Shown here in pieces: positions 60,001 through 64,000 of a DNA stretch of 64,000 bases; within the stretch, counting starts at the first letter, position 1, and every line of letters begins with the position of its first letter. This DNA comes from Octopus sinensis (lineage: Eukaryota), in the NCBI RefSeq assembly GCF_006345805.1, contig NC_042998.1:55490001-55554000 (forward strand), read 5' to 3'. Under the pieces are notes generated by a model. That model was not told the DNA's origin. It did no database searches and saw only the letters and a list, made by a program, of their open reading frames with translations. The position numbers and the translations under genes are program-made.

Positions 60001-60403
60001 TTTTACTCTCTTACTTGTTTCAGTCCTTTGACTGCAGCTATGCAGGAGTACCGCTTTGAAGGGTTTTAGTCGAACAAATCGAACCCAGGACTTATTTTTT
60101 AAGCTTAGTTCTTATTCTATCACCCTCTTTTGTTGAACCGCTAAGTTACGGGGACGTAAAACACCAAGAACGGTCGTCAAGCGGTTATGGGGACCAATAC
60201 AGACACAAGGATACACACGCTCATGTATGTATATACATATATATACGACGGGTTTCTTTCACTTTTCGACAACCAAATCCACTCCCGAGGGTTTGGTGGA
60301 CCCGAGGCTGTAGTAGAAGACACTTTGCCGAAGTGTCAGGCAGTGGAACTCAACCCGGAAACCATGTGGTTGAGAAGCAAGCTTCTTACCACACATCCAC
60401 GCC
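60001..60403 (-). mobile_element. SINE family A
   Basis: Reverse complement is colinear with the + copies. Confidence 0.85.
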
Positions 60404-60437
60404 ATATAAATATATATGTATATATATATATATATAT

Positions 60438-60491
<54 letters not shown>

Positions 60492-60581
60492 ATATATTTA
60501 TATGTATATAAATATTTGTATATATATATATATATATAATATATATACATACATACATACATATATATATACACACACACG

Positions 60582-60618
<37 letters not shown>

Positions 60619-61202
60619 TATATACATACATACATATATATACACACATATATATATATATATATCTTATTATAATATATATATATATATACATATATAA
60701 TCATGATATTAATAAAAGCAACACCAATCAATACAAGTGATAATATGTAGGTAAATGTCAATCATTCGAACGTTTCCTTTCTGATCCAGCCAAGATGTCT
60801 TCCACTAGGACACGAACGTACACGCATATCCCTACACACCAACACGCGCGCACACGCATTCACACACACACACACACACATTTTTCTCCTCTCTCTCCCA
60901 AATTTCTCTCCTACTCTCCGTCTCTTAGGTTATTTCTCTCTCTCTTCCGTGAGTCATGTCCATATGGAAACCGTCACGAGTACGGTGGTATTTGACAGCA
61001 CAGCAAGTCAGTCAAAACAAGTTTTCACCCGCCAAAAAAACAACAACAAAAAAAAAACAATACACCATATAACAACTGATTATGTTTTAAGCTCCCAACG
61101 TCCTTTCATACTTTGCCGGATGTTTCTGACAGCTCAATGCCAAACAGTAACCTCCGACCCGCCCCATCCTACCTCAACTGCTGCTGTCAACATTGCCGAC
61201 TG

Positions 61203-61467
61203 TCATCATCATACTGTCATCAGCAGCAACAGCAGTAGCAGCATCAGCATCAATGGCATCACCGTCGTCATTATCACCATCATTATCAGAACCATCGTTC
61301 TCGTCATCATCTTCTTCGTCGTCACCCTTGCCAACACCCACGACAGCAGCATCATCATCATCATCACAATCATCATCATCATCATCATCATCATCACAAT
61401 CATCATCATCATCATCGTCAACATCATCATCATCATCATCACCATCACCATCATCATCATCGTCAAC

Positions 61468-61531
<64 letters not shown>

Positions 61532-61607
61532 TCATCATCATCATCATCATCATCACAATCATCATCATCATCACAATCATCACAATCATCATCATCACAA
61601 CCATCAC

Positions 61608-61646
<39 letters not shown>

Positions 61647-61648
61647 AG
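61203..61648. repeat. Compound (CAT)n/(CGT)n/(CAC,CAA) trinucleotide microsatellite
   Basis: Direct reading. It explains the four overlapping homopolymeric ORFs. Confidence 0.95.
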
Positions 61649-62121
61649 CTAACCATTACCTCTACCTTGTACTATTACTAGCATCTAGAATTAAATTAGT
61701 CGCCAAACAATTTTTTTTTCTCGGTGTGCAGCACTGGTAACACAATAAGCTGTTAGTCCCATATATCCCCCAGAAAATGTGGTTGTTCCTGTCTTTATTA
61801 TTGTTGTATTCTTTCAGAATTATTCTTTACCATTGTTGCGACTAAAACCCTCCATTTTCTGTTTGAGAGGGGAATCCGAATTCAAACAGGAAATTGTATT
61901 ATTTCCGAACTGAGAGAACAGAGACAATATCAGTCACACAGCTCACGTGTCTGTCTGCGCGCGCGCGCTTGTGTGAAAGCGTGAAAGAGAGACTTTTTCT
62001 CTTCTCTTCTTTTTTTTATGTGTGTACGTATGCAGGTGTCTTGCTATATGTGCATGTATGTGAATATACACACTGACTCATACAGTTGTATGTATGTACG
62101 TATGCATGCATGTATGTATGT

Positions 62122-62319
62122 CTTTTGCTCTTCTTTCAGTCATTTGACTGCGGGCATGCTGGAGCACCGCCTTTAGTCGAGCAAATCGACTCCAGGACTT
62201 ATTTTTTGTAAGCCTAGTACTTATTCTATCGGTCTCTTTTGCCGAATCGCTAGGTTACGGGGTTGTAAACACACCAGCATCGGTTGTCAAGCAATGTTGG
62301 TGGGACAAACACAGACACA

Positions 62320-62381
<62 letters not shown>

Positions 62382-62548
62382 CATATATATACGACGAGCT
62401 TCTTTCAGCTTCCGTCTACCAAATCCACTCACAAGGCTTTGGTCGGCTCGAGACTATAGTAGAAGACACTTGCCCAAGGTGTCACGCAGTGGGACTGAAA
62501 CCGGAACCATGTGGTTGGTAAGCAAGCTACTTACCACACGGCCACTCA
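62122..62548 (-). mobile_element. SINE family A, full length
   Basis: Reverse complement is colinear with the + copies. Confidence 0.9.
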
Positions 62549-63739
62549 TGTATGTATGTATGTATGAGTAAGTATGTCTATGTTTGTATGGCTATGTATG
62601 TGTGTGTATGTATGTATGTATGTATGTATGTATGTATGTATGTATGTATGTATGTATGTATGTATGTACGTATGTATGCATGTGTGTGTGCGCGCGTGTG
62701 TGTTTATGCACTCATGTATATATGCAGACATGGATACACGTAAATCAGTCAGAATCAGAAATTTCTCAACAAGAAACGAAACTACGAATGTGCAAACCAC
62801 AATGCGTATTTCTTGTAACATGTTATATAACATTTCAATGTAAACATGAAAATTGTAAACCTCGCAGCTCAGGTTGCTAAACTGATCACACATGTATGAC
62901 ACTTTCCCACCGGTTGACTATGTATTTACAACAAGAAAACAATGTGTTGCATTACAAAACCGAACATGAAACCAAACTAAATAGAAAAAAAACACATTAT
63001 TATCCTATTGAGTTCACCTTGGCTTTATATAGTCTTTGTTAAGTTAGCATTTTTTTAGAGCAGGTGGAGCTCTGTTAAATAATTAGGTTGTAGGGTTGTG
63101 ATCCAAAGAAATATTTTTTATTGATTACAATTGAAGTTGTGTTATTTTCCAGAACTCACTCATGCATGTAGGACTTTTGTAGTCAGGTGTGTCTATTTAG
63201 GTGTCTCAGCTTCAGGTTTTGGAGCTGTTTTTAGGAATTCACAAAAGAATGTAACAAGGTTAAAAGGTTAGTTGATAAGCAGAAATGTCCCTACATTTTA
63301 TAGTTGATTACATTTGGCTCCAAATAGGAGATTTAATGTTTTTACAGCCTCCACCTTCTAATAACACTTCAATTACAGTTCAGCATGCAAGACTGTGATT
63401 ATGTGCTTTGATTTAGGTGTGTCAACTTTAGCGTGTGTTGTTAGTTTAGAAATTTGTTTATTTTGTGCTTTAAGGCTCACAAAAGGATATAGTTAGGTGA
63501 AAATGTTGGTTGGTCAGCAGTAATTAATTGTTCTTATTTAATTACTATTTCAAAAATTCAACATATCTGTAGGGAGAAAAAGTTTGTAGGCTATGTTTTT
63601 CATAAATATTTCTTCTATTTGATTTCAAGCTTAGGTATTTTAATAAGATATGATTTTCGACCTATGAACATATGCAAATGTGTGCATATAATTATGTAAC
63701 GAAATAAAAAAAAAAGATAAATAAATAGAATAAATTTAT

Positions 63740-63761
63740 TATTATTGTTGTTGTTGTTGTT

Positions 63762-63823
<62 letters not shown>

Positions 63824-63852
63824 TAATAACAACAACAAAAATAATAATAATA
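63740..63852. repeat. (GTT)n-(AAT)n microsatellite
   Basis: Direct reading. Confidence 0.9.
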
Positions 63853-64000
63853 ACGGAAAGATTAGATCAAATCTGAAACCATCAGGAACCAGGAATTAAG
63901 ATTCCACAAGAACAATGAAAGGAAACTATGTTATAATGTAAGCCATATCAGGAAACCGAGATGGCTAACATTATAACATACGCTCTAACCACTGATCCAT

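Noticed and set aside
60949-61740. 263-aa ORF and overlapping poly-Asp, poly-Ser and poly-Met ORFs
   Set aside because: All are readings of one (CAT)n-type microsatellite that lacks stops in several frames. There is no domain or splice evidence.
5584-62571. Recurrent peptide MPRSGTEPGTMWLVSKL, suggesting a gene family
   Set aside because: It is the antisense translation of the SINE-A tRNA-like head.
4644-62902. Dozens of [16 protein letters not shown] ORFs
   Set aside because: They are dinucleotide and tetranucleotide microsatellite translations.

Overview
AT-rich eukaryotic DNA dominated by microsatellites ((TA)n, (CA)n, (TACA)n, (AAT)n, (CAT)n, (GATA)n) and transposon debris. The SINE repertoire and microsatellite density suggest a coleoid cephalopod, probably Octopus (inference). 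No intact host gene, tRNA/rRNA gene or CRISPR array is supported, and almost all listed ORFs are microsatellite, SINE or dead-TE artefacts. Recognisable content: a Ty3/Gypsy remnant lacking RT-RNaseH; four RTE LINE fragments; a full-length decayed mariner; a maT/DD37D-type and a second mariner fragment; two Helitron helicase remnants plus about ten non-autonomous Helitrons, including tandem and chimeric ones; several MITEs, two with exact 8-bp TSDs; about 20 tRNA-derived SINEs in four families; and Penelope-like element (PLE) remnants. The most striking structure is a 2.6-kb PLE insertion (54456-57070). It has ~965-bp near-identical inverted arms around a GIY-YIG endonuclease fragment, and each arm carries an intact minimal hammerhead ribozyme motif. 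Four smaller fold-back elements (76-218, 13771-13968, 43712-44006, 52713-53000) share its tail-arm-loop-arm architecture next to (TA)n, which points to a recurring (TA)n-targeted, hairpin-generating insertion process.
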